Assembly (NCBI RefSeq): GCF_000143415.4
Contig: NW_003314304.1
Span: forward strand, 378,169-442,168
Direction: 5' to 3'
Source of the DNA: Selaginella moellendorffii
Taxonomy: Eukaryota > Plantae > Lycopodiophyta
Length of the DNA: 64,000 nucleotides
The notes below the pieces were generated by a model. It was given only the letters and a program-made list of their open reading frames with translations. It was not told the DNA's origin and ran no database searches. Positions within the stretch are counted from its first letter, which is position 1; the number at the start of each line of letters is the position of its first letter. The translations under genes were made by a program, and so were the position numbers. This document shows, in pieces, positions 1 to 10,524 of the stretch.

Positions 1-130
1 TCGTGCTCCACAGGCAAACCGTGGCAATCCCCACAGCGCTCTGGTACCTGGTAACGATGTGGCCGTAATGCGGCAATCCAGTCGCCAAGGGAGCTTGAAT
101 TGCATCGAGCTTGCTCCACAGGAAAATCCG
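1..130 (-). pseudogene. Isoleucyl-tRNA synthetase (cytosolic type) 5' pseudogene fragment, runs off the window edge
   Basis: The minus strand reads RIFLWSKLDAIQAPLATGLPHYGHIVTRYQSAVG, then after a frameshift DCHGLPVEHE. These match IleRS motifs (PFATGLPHYGH HIGH motif, IVTRY, GWDCHGLPVE) with the intervening segments missing. Confidence 0.8.
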
Positions 131-192
131 CGCGCGACAATGACGAGCTAAGCACCCTCATTAGAACCCTAGAAATTTGTGGGCGTTTGGGT

Positions 193-499
193 ATGGCGTC
201 GGGTTTTGGGATCCGTGGTTTTCGTGGGCGTTGCTACGATCTCTTCATGGATTTTCGAGAGTGTATGACGCATTGCACGATCCCGCAAGACTGCACGGAG
301 CTCCGCGAGGATTACTACGAGTGCCTGCACCACGCCAAGGAGGTCCGTGCCCCTGCTCTAGATTTCTAGGGCTCTTGCTATTGAATTGTTCTTCCAGCTC
401 AAGCGGTGGTACCGGATTGACAAGGAGCGGCAGCGCCAGGAGAAAGAAGCAGCGGCCAAGGGAGCAGGCGGCAAGGAAGAGGAGGAGCACAAATCGTGA
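193..499 (+). CDS. NDUFS5: NADH dehydrogenase [ubiquinone] iron-sulfur protein 5 (complex I 15 kDa subunit); exons 193-342 and 398-499, 83 aa
   Basis: MASGFGIRGFRGRCYDLFMDFRECM...REDYYECLHHAKE is the twin Cx9C-type plant NDUFS5 signature. A 55-bp GT-AG intron joins it to LKRWYRIDKERQRQ...HKS*. Confidence 0.92.
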
Positions 500-577
500 A
501 GAACAATAAACCCGTGTAAGATTGATCCACCGGACGATCTTCTAGCAAGAACAAAATTTCGAGCTATTGCTTGATCT

Positions 578-1426
578 TCATTCGTGCTTGGCGACCTTGT
601 GCACAGACTTGCCCTGGAGCGAGAACTTCTTGGTGGAAGCGAGGTAATTCTCCAGCAGTGGCTTGAGCACGGTAGCGTCGGCTTCCATCCCCGCCGCCTT
701 GACCACATCGATTGCCGCGGGGATCACTGCCTTCTCCAGCTTCCTCCTCTTCACGCTCCCATCCGAGCTCTTCTTGATCTCCCGAGAGATGAGCTTCCGC
801 CACCTCACAACCTTCGAGAAATCCATGGAAATCTTGCCCTCTTCTTTCACTGGCTCCTTGGGTTCTTGTTTGATCGCGCCCTTCTCCCTGGAAGAATTCT
901 CATTCTCTTTGCCCTCCCTCTCGCGCTTCTTCTTCCTCGCTGGCATCTCTGCCGGATCTTTCGAGAGTTCTTGCTGGATCGGGCGCTCCTCCTCTGGATC
1001 CTTGGACTCTTGCTCGATTACGGCTGGGGCGGCGGGTGGGTTCCTGGCGGCGATGGCGGCCCTGGCCTTGGATCCATGGCGCTTGCTCTGGCCATGGACG
1101 AGCAACACTTCCCTACCTGTGGCCTTGATGTGACACAAGCTACACGACCATGGCGGCCGGGTTGACAGCCCCATGTTGACAATCTCCTCCGCCACTGCTC
1201 CGCCATCCCTGTTCTTCCCATTCTTCTTCGCCGCCGCCGCCACGCCCTTGGGACCGTATTTTTCTACCTCACTCACGCATTGTGTGTGCTGCTGGACCGA
1301 TTGGCGATCGAATTTTGCCCCGCAGTCAATGCAAGAGAATCCGGAGGCGCGGCAGCGTCGAAAGTGATTGGGGAGGCTGGGCTTCTTGAGATTGTCGTCG
1401 CAATCGTCACACTGGAACCACACCAT
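578..1426 (-). CDS. LYAR-type C2HC zinc-finger nucleolar protein (UBP1-associated protein 1C-like), intronless
   Basis: MVWFQCDDCDDNLKKP...H...C...SCIDC...HTQCVSEVEKYG (zf-LYAR), a second finger WSCSLC...HGQSKRH, and a Lys-rich C-terminus. ATG at 1426. Confidence 0.9.
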   Translation of the reverse strand: MVWFQCDDCDDNLKKPSLPNHFRRCRASGFSCIDCGAKFDRQSVQQHTQCVSEVEKYGPKGVAAAAKKNGKNRDGGAVAEEIVNMGLSTRPPWSCSLCHIKATGREVLLVHGQSKRHGSKARAAIAARNPPAAPAVIEQESKDPEEERPIQQELSKDPAEMPARKKKREREGKENENSSREKGAIKQEPKEPVKEEGKISMDFSKVVRWRKLISREIKKSSDGSVKRRKLEKAVIPAAIDVVKAAGMEADATVLKPLLENYLASTKKFSLQGKSVHKVAKHE

Positions 1427-1444
1427 GCTCCCACACAACAAGAA

Positions 1445-1470
1445 AAGCCCTAAACCCGTGAACCCTAAAA
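1445..1470. promoter_or_regulatory. Telo-box-like motifs (AAACCCTA family) near the LYAR-like start
   Basis: AAAGCCCTAAACCCGTGAACCCTAAAA lies just upstream of the ATG. Similar motifs occur near NDUFS5 (~165), SmD3 (~41831) and the NYN gene (~48737). Confidence 0.5.
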
Positions 1471-2598
1471 CCTGCGTAAGGATTTATTAAAATAAAAAAT
1501 ACTTAAACACAATTTATTTATTTTATTTTACTTTTAAAATTTATAATCCACAATGCACTTATTGATGGACATTTTGCATTCAAAATCTTGTGCTTCCATA
1601 GTTCTGAATTTGAAGCTAAATGGATTAAATATTTGCTATCATAGTTTGGTTTAAATCATTGTTCATAGTTTTATCATTTTTGGTGCATTCTACATTTACA
1701 ACAGTTCCATCAACAGATGGTTTTCTTAAGAAGCAGCCCTTTTTAACCCCTATAAAATTTCTATCATCATTTGCAATCATTTAGTGTTTGTGTAGTTGCC
1801 TCAAACTTATCATCCCACTAAGTATTCATTCTAATATTTATGCATATTCCAAGTCCACCACAATCCTAGATAAAAGAAAACATTAGTTATAAAAGTATAA
1901 GTAAAATATAAAAGCCTATTTCTTCCACATTGTAAATATTGCTATTAAGCTCTCCATTCCTACTATAGCATCAAGTTATTGTGCTTGCAATATTTAGAAT
2001 CATTTTAATGTCTTTCGAAGTATGTCCAGTTTTTTATATTTCTTTATACCTACTAAAAAATTTCTTTTTCTATAAATAAAGATTCTCTAAATTTGACAAG
2101 CATGTATGGTTGAGTTTTTAAATCAAATTAAAAGCTTGAACTAGTTTTGTAAGAATTTGAAAGCGCTAGACTTTAGGTAATTGTTACATGGAGTTTTGTT
2201 CAAATCTAAAACTATTACTTTACTTGGGAATTTTTAAAAGGCTTGAATTTTTGGTGTAATGAAAACATTGATATTGCATTTAACTTCTTATTATTTTTTC
2301 TAATTATAAATTTTATATGTGAAATCATATTAAAGCATGTTAAAACCTAAACAATAAAAGTTATTGCTACCACTAGATTGCTCTTATAATTTATAAGTCT
2401 TAAAGATAAACCAATTTGTAAAAAAATCAGGTAAAATTAAATAAAATGAATATCAATCTTAATCTAAAAGGATGCTATATGTATAGATTTTTTTGTTTTA
2501 GATAATTTAGATCATTCTTAGATATCACTTAATTACATACCCAGAAAATTATCATTACCATCAATTATTATTTCTTAGTTAATTATATAAATTTTTAT

Positions 2599-2611
2599 CA
2601 CACACACACAC

Positions 2612-2680
<69 letters not shown>

Positions 2681-2695
2681 AGTAGTAGTAGTAGT
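2599..2695. repeat. Compound microsatellite (CA)n(TA)n(GTA)n
   Basis: Directly visible. Confidence 0.95.
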
Positions 2696-2699
2696 GGAC

Positions 2700-4070
2700 A
2701 TTTGTGGAATAGTGCATTTGTGAGACATCCAGATTTCAGTGGAAGGCATAGTCAATTATCTAGTGGTGGACCATTTGGATCTTGGTACTACAACTCTTAA
2801 AGACCCATCATCTTTGAACATCTGTGGCAACAATTATATATGGATGGCAAAGCTAAAATCATAGATACAAGTAACAAAGTTACAATCCTGAATGTGATTG
2901 ATGTTGGTCAAAGCTTGAGTGAAGTGGTGGCTATGGCTCAATTGTATCCTGGTGCTCTATGAGCTCAAGAGCCACTTTTTCTATTAGAAAACTCATGTGG
3001 ATATCAATAGAGTCATATGGAATCTTTGAATTAGAAAGAATTGGATTTGGCATCTTTAGTTGTATGAGGAGGAATTGTAGAGCATTCTTTTGTGTCCCTT
3101 CATTATGAGCTATTGTAAGAAAGTCACTTTCCAAAGGTACCATAAAAAAATTATATTCTCCTTTAAGTTAGACATTTTAAGGATCTTGAAAATTTCATCT
3201 AGATCATTTACCTCCTTCCTAAACATGGTGATGCACAATGGATATAGGAAAAGTTGAGGGGCAAGATTGTCCAATCTGTGTGAATAAAAATGATTATGTT
3301 GCATTGCAAAGGGTAAAACTCCTTTGTTATGTCAGTACGTGATAAGCAAGTGCTAGATCATTGTGAATAGGAGCTTAATTTTGCTATTTTAACCTGAGCC
3401 ACATCCTAAGTTCTTGGGCTTTGGGCATTGAAAGCTGTCACTTTGCTAACTCCTTATTTAATCTACAATTGGTCATTCTTGGAGTCTAAAAAGCAAGACA
3501 CCACATCTAGCCATGACCCCCACAAAATGACTGACTTCTCCTATGTAGAGGCTCCTAAAGCAATGTAATCAACAATGAAGAAGTCCACTGTTGACTCGTG
3601 CCTATGAATAAGAATATGGACATCTCAACAAATTCTAGTAGAAGCAACTATATAATCTGTAAAGGTTCTTAGCAAGACCTTGGAATAATCTTGAAGCTAA
3701 AGGCCTATTTGTTAAGCTAGTGTGGAGGAGAGAATATTTATGACTGAGCCTAAGTCTAAAAGTGCCTCTAGATCAACACCTGCAATTGTCACTAGGGAAG
3801 CAAGAAGCATGGCACCTCCACTATCTTGAAGACAAGCATCTGGCCACATGTCTTCCTCCAAGTTCTCCAGCAGCCCCTTAGTATCTACTTGTGGTTCCTC
3901 CACTGTTTCCTCCTGCAATTGTTGTCTCACTATTGAAAGACTCATAGTTCTCACTCCAGCTGAAGCACAATGACTCTTTGTGGCACCTCGGAGTGGGGTT
4001 GAAATGGAAACCTAGGAAGAGCCCATTCAATATGGCTGTCACCTTTTTCAGACTAGACAACTTGCTCAAT
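2700..4070 (-). mobile_element. Degenerate Ty3/Gypsy pol remnant
   Basis: Retropepsin-like VTIAGVDLEALLDLGSVINILSS in ORF 3712-3954. The surrounding frames are broken by stops and CpG-depleted. Boundaries approximate. Confidence 0.6.
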
Positions 4071-4856
4071 GTGCCTTAGGCAGCCAGATTGCTAAATGGT
4101 GACGCAAAAGAAATAGAAGGTACGGTAAAACAAACATTCTAAAATGGCTCCTTAACCAATATCTGTTACATCAATTTTTTTGTCAAGTGTGTCAGATTAG
4201 AGGATGATAGATGAAGCCGTCAATGAATGGGAGGTACAGATGAACTTAGTGAAGTGAAAATGGACATATGGAGCAACGTGTCTAAGGGCTAAAGTCTGCT
4301 TGTGACCGAGACCAAGATGTTTGTTTCTTTGTTTATACTAAACATAATCCTTTGGGAAAGCCAAAGCACATGAGCAAATAAGTGGTGTGATGGAAAGCCA
4401 CTGACGAATCCAAGAGGAGCTCAAGTGGCCATCAAGGAGCTGCAATGCTCTGTTCTCCATGGAGTGCTCATTGCGGATGTGTTCAAGCTCGAGGATAGCT
4501 CACTACGTTCAGCAGCAACGAGGTTCTTCTAGCAATCAAGCACAAGAAACAGATGGCCACAACAATTAGCATCAGAACAAGGAAGCTCAAGCTGTACTCC
4601 TTGTCTTGATGTTGTCGGAGTTTTTGCTAGTGGAAGCATTTGGACTCTACAGCTGTGCCCAAACAGGATCTGGAGGGCAAACCATGGCAGTTGTGAGGGT
4701 TTTAGGAGGAAGCTCATCAAATTGGTGGAGCCTTGTACAGCCAGTGAGCTTATGCACTCTATTACAAACCCTAAATTTGCTTTCTATATGATTGTTATTT
4801 CTAAATGATGCTTTAACCTTTTCATGATCTATAAACTCTGCAAACCCTGAATTTGC

Positions 4857-6077
4857 TTACGTTCGATCAACGTCTGCCACATTCAAGCTAGGATGTCTAA
4901 ACCCATACATCTCCAACACCTGGTTGTCTCCAAAATTAAAAGCCCTCTCCATTTGCCTGCGGCAATCTTGTGGCGAGTAATTTGCCCATCCCTCACAAAA
5001 CTCACACCCAGCAAAATGCGTCACAAATGGCCACCGATCGTCGCCCAGCCCAGGCTCAAATCTTCGCATCTTGTCTTCCAACTCCCTCACCAGAGGCACC
5101 CAAAACCCACTCAATGCGTACGAGTGCTCGAGAAAAATCTTCGCGCCCCATCTCTCCCTCTGGGCGTTCATCAGCCACAGCAGCGCGCCCTGGTCGTCGG
5201 ATTCCAGATCTGGACGGCCAAAGAGCGTCACGTGGAGGATCTTCCCAATTCCGACACTGCCGGGACCGTCGGATCCCATCTGTGCCAGAATGTCCAGCAG
5301 ATCGAGCGACCACTGGCAATTCCGGATCAGAAAGATGCCCATGTTGAGGCCCGTCCAGCTGCGGTTGCCGTACACGAGGTGATCCCAGCCGTTCATCACC
5401 AGGTTGTAGCCCTCGTACTTCCGGATCGGAATCCGGAAAGTCATGTCCGTGAAGAGCGCATCGCCGTCCATCCACAGGATCCACTCGAATTCCGGATGGG
5501 AAAGCATCACCGCCCTCAAGAGCGGGATTTTGATCCAGAATCCCGGCAGGGAACGCTCGAGCTTTGCAACGTTGTAGAACATGTCTATGCCGTGGAGCCG
5601 GCAGTAGTCCATCTTGTTCTTGGCGGACTTGAGCATGATGTGATCGCCCAAAGGATTCTCACACGGCTTTGGATGCGAGCTCGTCACCAACATCATCCTC
5701 TTCTCACACTGCTTGATCTTCCTCCTCCGTGAGCTCCTCCGCGAGTCCCAGTCGCTGATCTTCGGACCCAAGCTCATTGTCCTGTTCATCAGCGCTTCCA
5801 TCCTCGGCTTGGACTGCTCGATCGGATCCAGCGAGCCTGGATCGAAGCTAAAGATCTCTGGCTGTTGCTGCTGCTGCTGCTCGGCGGAGAGAGGCCTCCT
5901 GGTAGCACGAACTTGAGAAGAACTCGCTGCTACTACCGGACTGCTGCTATACAGCGCTCGGATCGTCCCAAGGATGAACAAGAGGACTAGAGCCATCCCG
6001 GTTATCCAAGAAACATGACCATCGAGAGCACGCTTACTTGTTATCGCTGCTAGAGAGCTTCTCATCGTCCTCGACAT
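4857..6077 (-). CDS. Glycosyltransferase family 34 (GMA12/MNN10; XXT/galactomannan galactosyltransferase-like), type II membrane protein, intronless
   Basis: N-terminal transmembrane helix; LGPKISDWD, KNKMDYCRLHG, WMDGDALFTDM (DxD), ESDDQ and GLGDDRWPFVTHF motifs. Confidence 0.93.
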   Translation of the reverse strand: MSRTMRSSLAAITSKRALDGHVSWITGMALVLLFILGTIRALYSSSPVVAASSSQVRATRRPLSAEQQQQQQPEIFSFDPGSLDPIEQSKPRMEALMNRTMSLGPKISDWDSRRSSRRRKIKQCEKRMMLVTSSHPKPCENPLGDHIMLKSAKNKMDYCRLHGIDMFYNVAKLERSLPGFWIKIPLLRAVMLSHPEFEWILWMDGDALFTDMTFRIPIRKYEGYNLVMNGWDHLVYGNRSWTGLNMGIFLIRNCQWSLDLLDILAQMGSDGPGSVGIGKILHVTLFGRPDLESDDQGALLWLMNAQRERWGAKIFLEHSYALSGFWVPLVRELEDKMRRFEPGLGDDRWPFVTHFAGCEFCEGWANYSPQDCRRQMERAFNFGDNQVLEMYGFRHPSLNVADVDRT

Positions 6078-7429
6078 TGCTTCTTAGTCTCGCTCGAACT
6101 TGTGTGTGCGTGCACGAATAAATCTTTTAAACGGCTGGAGCGTTGAGTAAATCGCTTCAGCTCAAATCGCGCTGGCCACGAGAATTAAAATGGAGGTGGA
6201 CAATTTGTCCTGCTCCAGGCATAGAAATCTTCCTACAGCAATCACATGGATTAAACTGGCCTAGGAGAAAATCGATCGAGAATGAGAGCATCACCTATGT
6301 GAATTACCTATGGTTTCTGGAAAACAAAAGCGGAATGCGTTACAAATATTGGATCCTGCTTCATACATAAAAACTAAAACCATTAAAGTAAGGGGCCCAA
6401 TTACTGGCTCGGGGTCTTATTAGAGGTCAGTTATGTATCAATTAGAGTTCCCACATTTTTACAAAATGGCCTGCTCTTTTTCCATTTCCAGTTGTATGTC
6501 TAGGGCTCTCCTTAGTGATTGTCTATTATTATTGATGTTTATTCTAGAAAATCTTCAAATCTAGAGTTAAGAGAATTTATTCCATTGCTTCAATTGCATT
6601 CTTGATTTTCATCGATAACTTAAGAGTAGAGTGGATGGACAAGAGCTATTGAAAGAGGCTATACATCAGAGTGCTTTCCAGCATAGGAAAAAAACTTGCA
6701 AAGTTTGGTCTTCTAAGATTAGCTTTTTGATCAAAGGTTTTTAGGTGAGTTTTCACAGAAAAGCTTAAAGAGGTTGCTTTATGGAGCTTACTTGAACTTA
6801 CAAAAGAGGAGCATATCCAAGCAGGAAATTGAAAAGAAACTTGCACAACACTTCATGTGATGGTCAGCAATGTACCGCAACCTGCTAGCATACCAGAGGG
6901 CTTCAGAATTCAAAGAGCAGTTTAGAGAGCACTCATTACATTTCCATACTGGATGGTCATTGTTGGAAGAGATATAAAAGAATTCTCTGTAAAAGAAACA
7001 GTTTTATTTACAACTATACATGCAGCCAGAAGGGTTGTCCAGAGCAACAGTACAAGTCACTAGACAGTCTGCTCGTCTCAAAGCCAAGATCCAAGAGGTA
7101 GAGTTGAAGATTCTATAATGGTTCTTATTTTTATTTGACAATGTATAACAAAGCCCTACCACAAAGTACCAATGGTGCCAAGCAAGGAGTAAAGAGAAAG
7201 GCTGCCACTCAATGTACCTATAATGCCAAGGTATTATCAAAGTTACAATTAAAGGCAATTAAACTTACACTTCTTTTACTTATAGCATGTATGCATGGCT
7301 CCTAGTTGCAACGATCAAGAGGTTCCCAACAATGAGGATCAATTTGAACATGAAGAACAAGAGCAGCCTGAAACTGAGAGTAGACCAAGTCCTGAAGCAA
7401 AAGTGAGTAAATTCTAGAAAGGGTACAGA

Positions 7430-7985
7430 TGTACGAACATGGACCAACACACAGCTTATAAACAGTGGTCAGCTATCAGAGAGAAAGGCTGCTATAAACT
7501 TTGGGATACCTCTTTCTACACTAAATGCTTGGGTGGCTGAGAAGAGGAAGGGTATGAGACCTAGTCCATCAACAATGCTCTCTACATCTGAAGAAGAGAC
7601 ACTCATTGTTGTGTTGAAAGTTCGAGCAAAAGTTGGCTACCCTATAATGCAAAGTGAGCTCAAAGATGCAACAGCAAGCATTGTATCAGCAAAAGATATC
7701 ACCTAGAATCCTGGTTGTAAATGGTGCAGACTGTTCATGAGGAGGCATTCAGACATAAAATTTAAAATTGCTCAGGCTTTGGAATTACAACAAGCTAAGA
7801 ATCTATGTCAACCTGTTGTCAATGTTTCTACAATCAACTTGAAGCTATGTACCTTGTGAACAAGTAGAAAGCCAGCAACATTTGAAATGCCAATGAAATT
7901 GGTGTTCATGCTAGTCAAAATGGATATGCCAAAGTCTTGGCAACAAGTGGAATGCAAAGCTGCTATCGTGTTATTCCAAGTAATA
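7430..7985 (+). mobile_element. Degenerate pogo/Tigger-like (CENP-B HTH + DDE_1) DNA transposase remnant
   Basis: Manual translation gives RTWTNTQL...SERKAAINFGIPLSTL (psq-type HTH), MLSTSEEETLI...GYPIMQSELK...PGCKWCRLFMRRH (Tc5/CENP-B HTH), then after a frameshift FYNQLE...NI*NANEIG (IWNxDETG-like first-Asp motif). Confidence 0.78.
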
Positions 7986-8743
7986 TGTTTTTTCTGCTTT
8001 AGTGTAGTTACAATTTTAATTGCATTCAAGGTTATTTTTTCTAGAATTTTCTACCATCTATATTTAGGGAACACACAATAATTATGATTTATTAGTTGGT
8101 GGAGGAAAGCTAACATTGCAGGTTATAGAAGAAGCATTTACCTTGTAAAATAAATAGATAGGTGTGAAATGTTAAATCTGGAATAACACAACCCCAACTG
8201 CATTCATATCCTTTGGCTCTCAAGCTTTGCATTGCCTCTTTCCATTCTTCTTTAGCTTCTTCTATGACAAAAGTGAAAACTTAATAGAAAAAGTCATGAC
8301 CTTTATGTTTTAACTCTCAATTAACTACTTCCTATCTATTCCTTACATTTATCTAAATAAATGAAAGCTAGAGGTAAACATCTTAACAAAATAGCAAACT
8401 CATTCAGCTATAGGATGAGATTATTTATATTTAAAAGGGTGTGACTAATCTAGGATTATCCAACATTCATACCCTAAACTTTTTTTTTCCACCTGTAGGA
8501 GATGTTTGTTTGGTCTTGGACTAGTTATACCAAATAAATATTGAAAAGTTTGTTTGCTCAACAAGTGTGTTTTTTACTATACTTTTTTAGTCTTGGCATT
8601 GTTTTCTTTTCTGTAATCTAGACATAAAACTCCTTTTTGTAATAATAAAGCTTGAGACAACAAGAAAATAAGTGGTATTCCTAGATGGACGAGTAAAAGT
8701 CATTACAGTAAATTCTTTACTCTTTCTTCACTCTTTTTTTCTT

Positions 8744-8832
8744 TCTTTTTTGTTAGATATGCACACTAGGTGGTCATTATTTTTTGTTGTAAGTATAATC
8801 TACCATGTAGTGTGCATATCTAACAAAAAAGA
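8744..8832. repeat. Perfect 25-bp inverted repeat with 39-nt spacer
   Basis: TCTTTTTTGTTAGATATGCACACTA (8744-8768) pairs with TAGTGTGCATATCTAACAAAAAAGA (8808-8832). A third direct copy of the arm lies near 8898-8922. Confidence 0.85.
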
Positions 8833-9114
8833 CAGTAAATTCTTTTAAAGAAAATTTCTAAGAAAAAGAAAGTACTAAAGTAAGTAAATTTTTTTTTTCT
8901 TTTTTGTTAAATATGCACACTAGGTAGAATACTCATTATAACAAAGAGTATTATAATATACTAGAGTTGTCAGCTGAAGCATGCTATATCTAATACTGTA
9001 GCACACCTTATCTACCTCCATTTTCGCATATACTAAAGTTGTCGGCTGTAGCATTTCCATCTCCGCACTAAATCTACCAATCTTTCCATTGTGTAGACTA
9101 GCTTGTCCTCATTG

Positions 9115-9713
9115 ACTATTGACTAACAACTAGTCATCCACCCGTACTACAATCCCACGGTAGATGCTTTCGTCCGTAGATACTCCACACAAAAGAAAAG
9201 ACATACGCATGGATGTCCAATACTTTTCGTCTGTAGATACTCCACACAAAAGAAAAGACATACGCATAGATGCCCAATACGCCACACAAAAGAAAAGACA
9301 TATGCATGGATGCCCAATACCTTTCGTCCGTAGATACTCCACACAAAAGAAAAGACATATGCATGGATGCCTAATACATACGATTTCAAATTTAGGGGTA
9401 GAAACATACCCCTAAATACTATTGACTAACAATTAGTCATCCACCCGTACTACAGTCCCACGGTAGATGCTTTCGTCCGTAAATACTCCACACAAAAGAA
9501 AAGACATACGCATGGATGTCCAATACTTTTCGTCCGTAGATACTCCACACAAAAGAAAAGACATACGCATAGATGCCCAATACGCCACACAAAAGAAAAG
9601 ACATATGCATGGATGCCCAATACCTTTCGTCCGTAGATACTCCACACAAAAGAAAAAACATACGCATGGATGCCCAATACATACGATTTCAAATTTAGGG
9701 GTAGAAACATACC
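9115..9713. repeat. Higher-order tandem repeat: two 296-bp units (303-bp period), each with three 57-bp monomers and one truncated monomer
   Basis: Monomer TTTCGTCCGTAGATACTCCACACAAAAGAAAAGACATACGCATGGATGYCCAATAC(T). Units 9115-9410 and 9418-9713 are nearly identical. Confidence 0.93.
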
Positions 9714-9752
9714 TTACTCAAGGGTATATTATGTTTTAAATAGCCACTAATC

Positions 9753-9830
9753 AATGGGAATTGAACCCGTGCCATTTGCTCCAATATTAAATGTAACGCA
9801 CCTTATCTCTCTCCCGTTAAGCCAACTGGA
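9753..9830 (-). mobile_element. tRNA-derived Pol III promoter (A box + B box), probable SINE head or tRNA relic
   Basis: The minus strand has TGGCTTAACGG (A box) and GGTTCAATTCC (B box) about 57 nt apart. There is no pairing acceptor stem, so it is not a functional tRNA. Confidence 0.55.
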
Positions 9831-10481
9831 AAAAGGGCAATTGCTTGATGAGAGAGCTCTTAGTGGCTATTTTATCCCCATTTATTCCCCAAGGTTCCAA
9901 GGATCCACGGTGACAGTATATCTAAATCTCATCCCATGATCACAAATACCCATATTTGTAAAAAACTTTCCTTTTGCTAAGTTCTTTTCACATAATATCT
10001 TTTCATATATAGAATATAATTGTGTAACATAAAAAAAAGTGAGATTATTGATTTAAGAAAAAAAAGATTGTTTTATTAATATAATATACTACTAAAAACA
10101 CTTAAGAACATAATACAAAAATTGTAATAAAGTAAAAATACTAGAAATCACAGTTGGTGAAAGGTAATATTTTAAAATTTAATTATGACAATTTTCTAAA
10201 TAGAAAATATTAAGATCTAAAAAATAAAATGAAAGTATTTCATGTCGCATTGTATCCATATCAATAGATATTTTATAATATTACATTATTCTAATAGATT
10301 AAGGTTTCTATATTTAAACTTTTAAAATTTAATATTTAAACATGATAAAGTTTAATAATTTCACCATTATTGATGTTTTGCTAGTGTATAAATCACAAAA
10401 CTACACCAAACATGCGATCCCACCCAAGAGAAAATGGCCGGATCCTCATTGCGTCTAAATGATCCAAGTGCCAGCTCCAAA

Positions 10482-10487
10482 TATAAA
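10482..10487 (+). promoter_or_regulatory. Candidate TATA box of the UGT gene
   Basis: TATAAA about 40 bp upstream of ATG 10525. A second candidate, TATAAAT, is at 10387. Confidence 0.4.
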
Positions 10488-10524
10488 CCAGAAAGAAAAT
10501 TCCTCCTCACATAGGTTACTCGCA

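Noticed and set aside
584-1165. Long antisense ORFs over real genes (also 4893-5732, 44054-45061, 59287-59928)
   Set aside because: These are shadow ORFs expected from GC-rich codon usage, with no motifs.
4300-4790. Short ORFs downstream of the first GT34
   Set aside because: About 60 aa, non-ATG starts and no recognisable similarity.
9115-9713. CRISPR-like array, or coding ORFs in the 57-bp repeats
   Set aside because: Monomers abut with no unique spacers, there are no cas genes, and the context is eukaryotic. The ORFs only reflect a 57-bp period divisible by three.
9753-9830. Functional tRNA gene
   Set aside because: A and B boxes are present, but no acceptor stem or clear anticodon arm could be folded.
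10434-10514. 26-codon uORF upstream of the UGT
   Set aside because: The nearer TATA at 10482 would place the TSS downstream of this ATG; it cannot be supported without TSS data.
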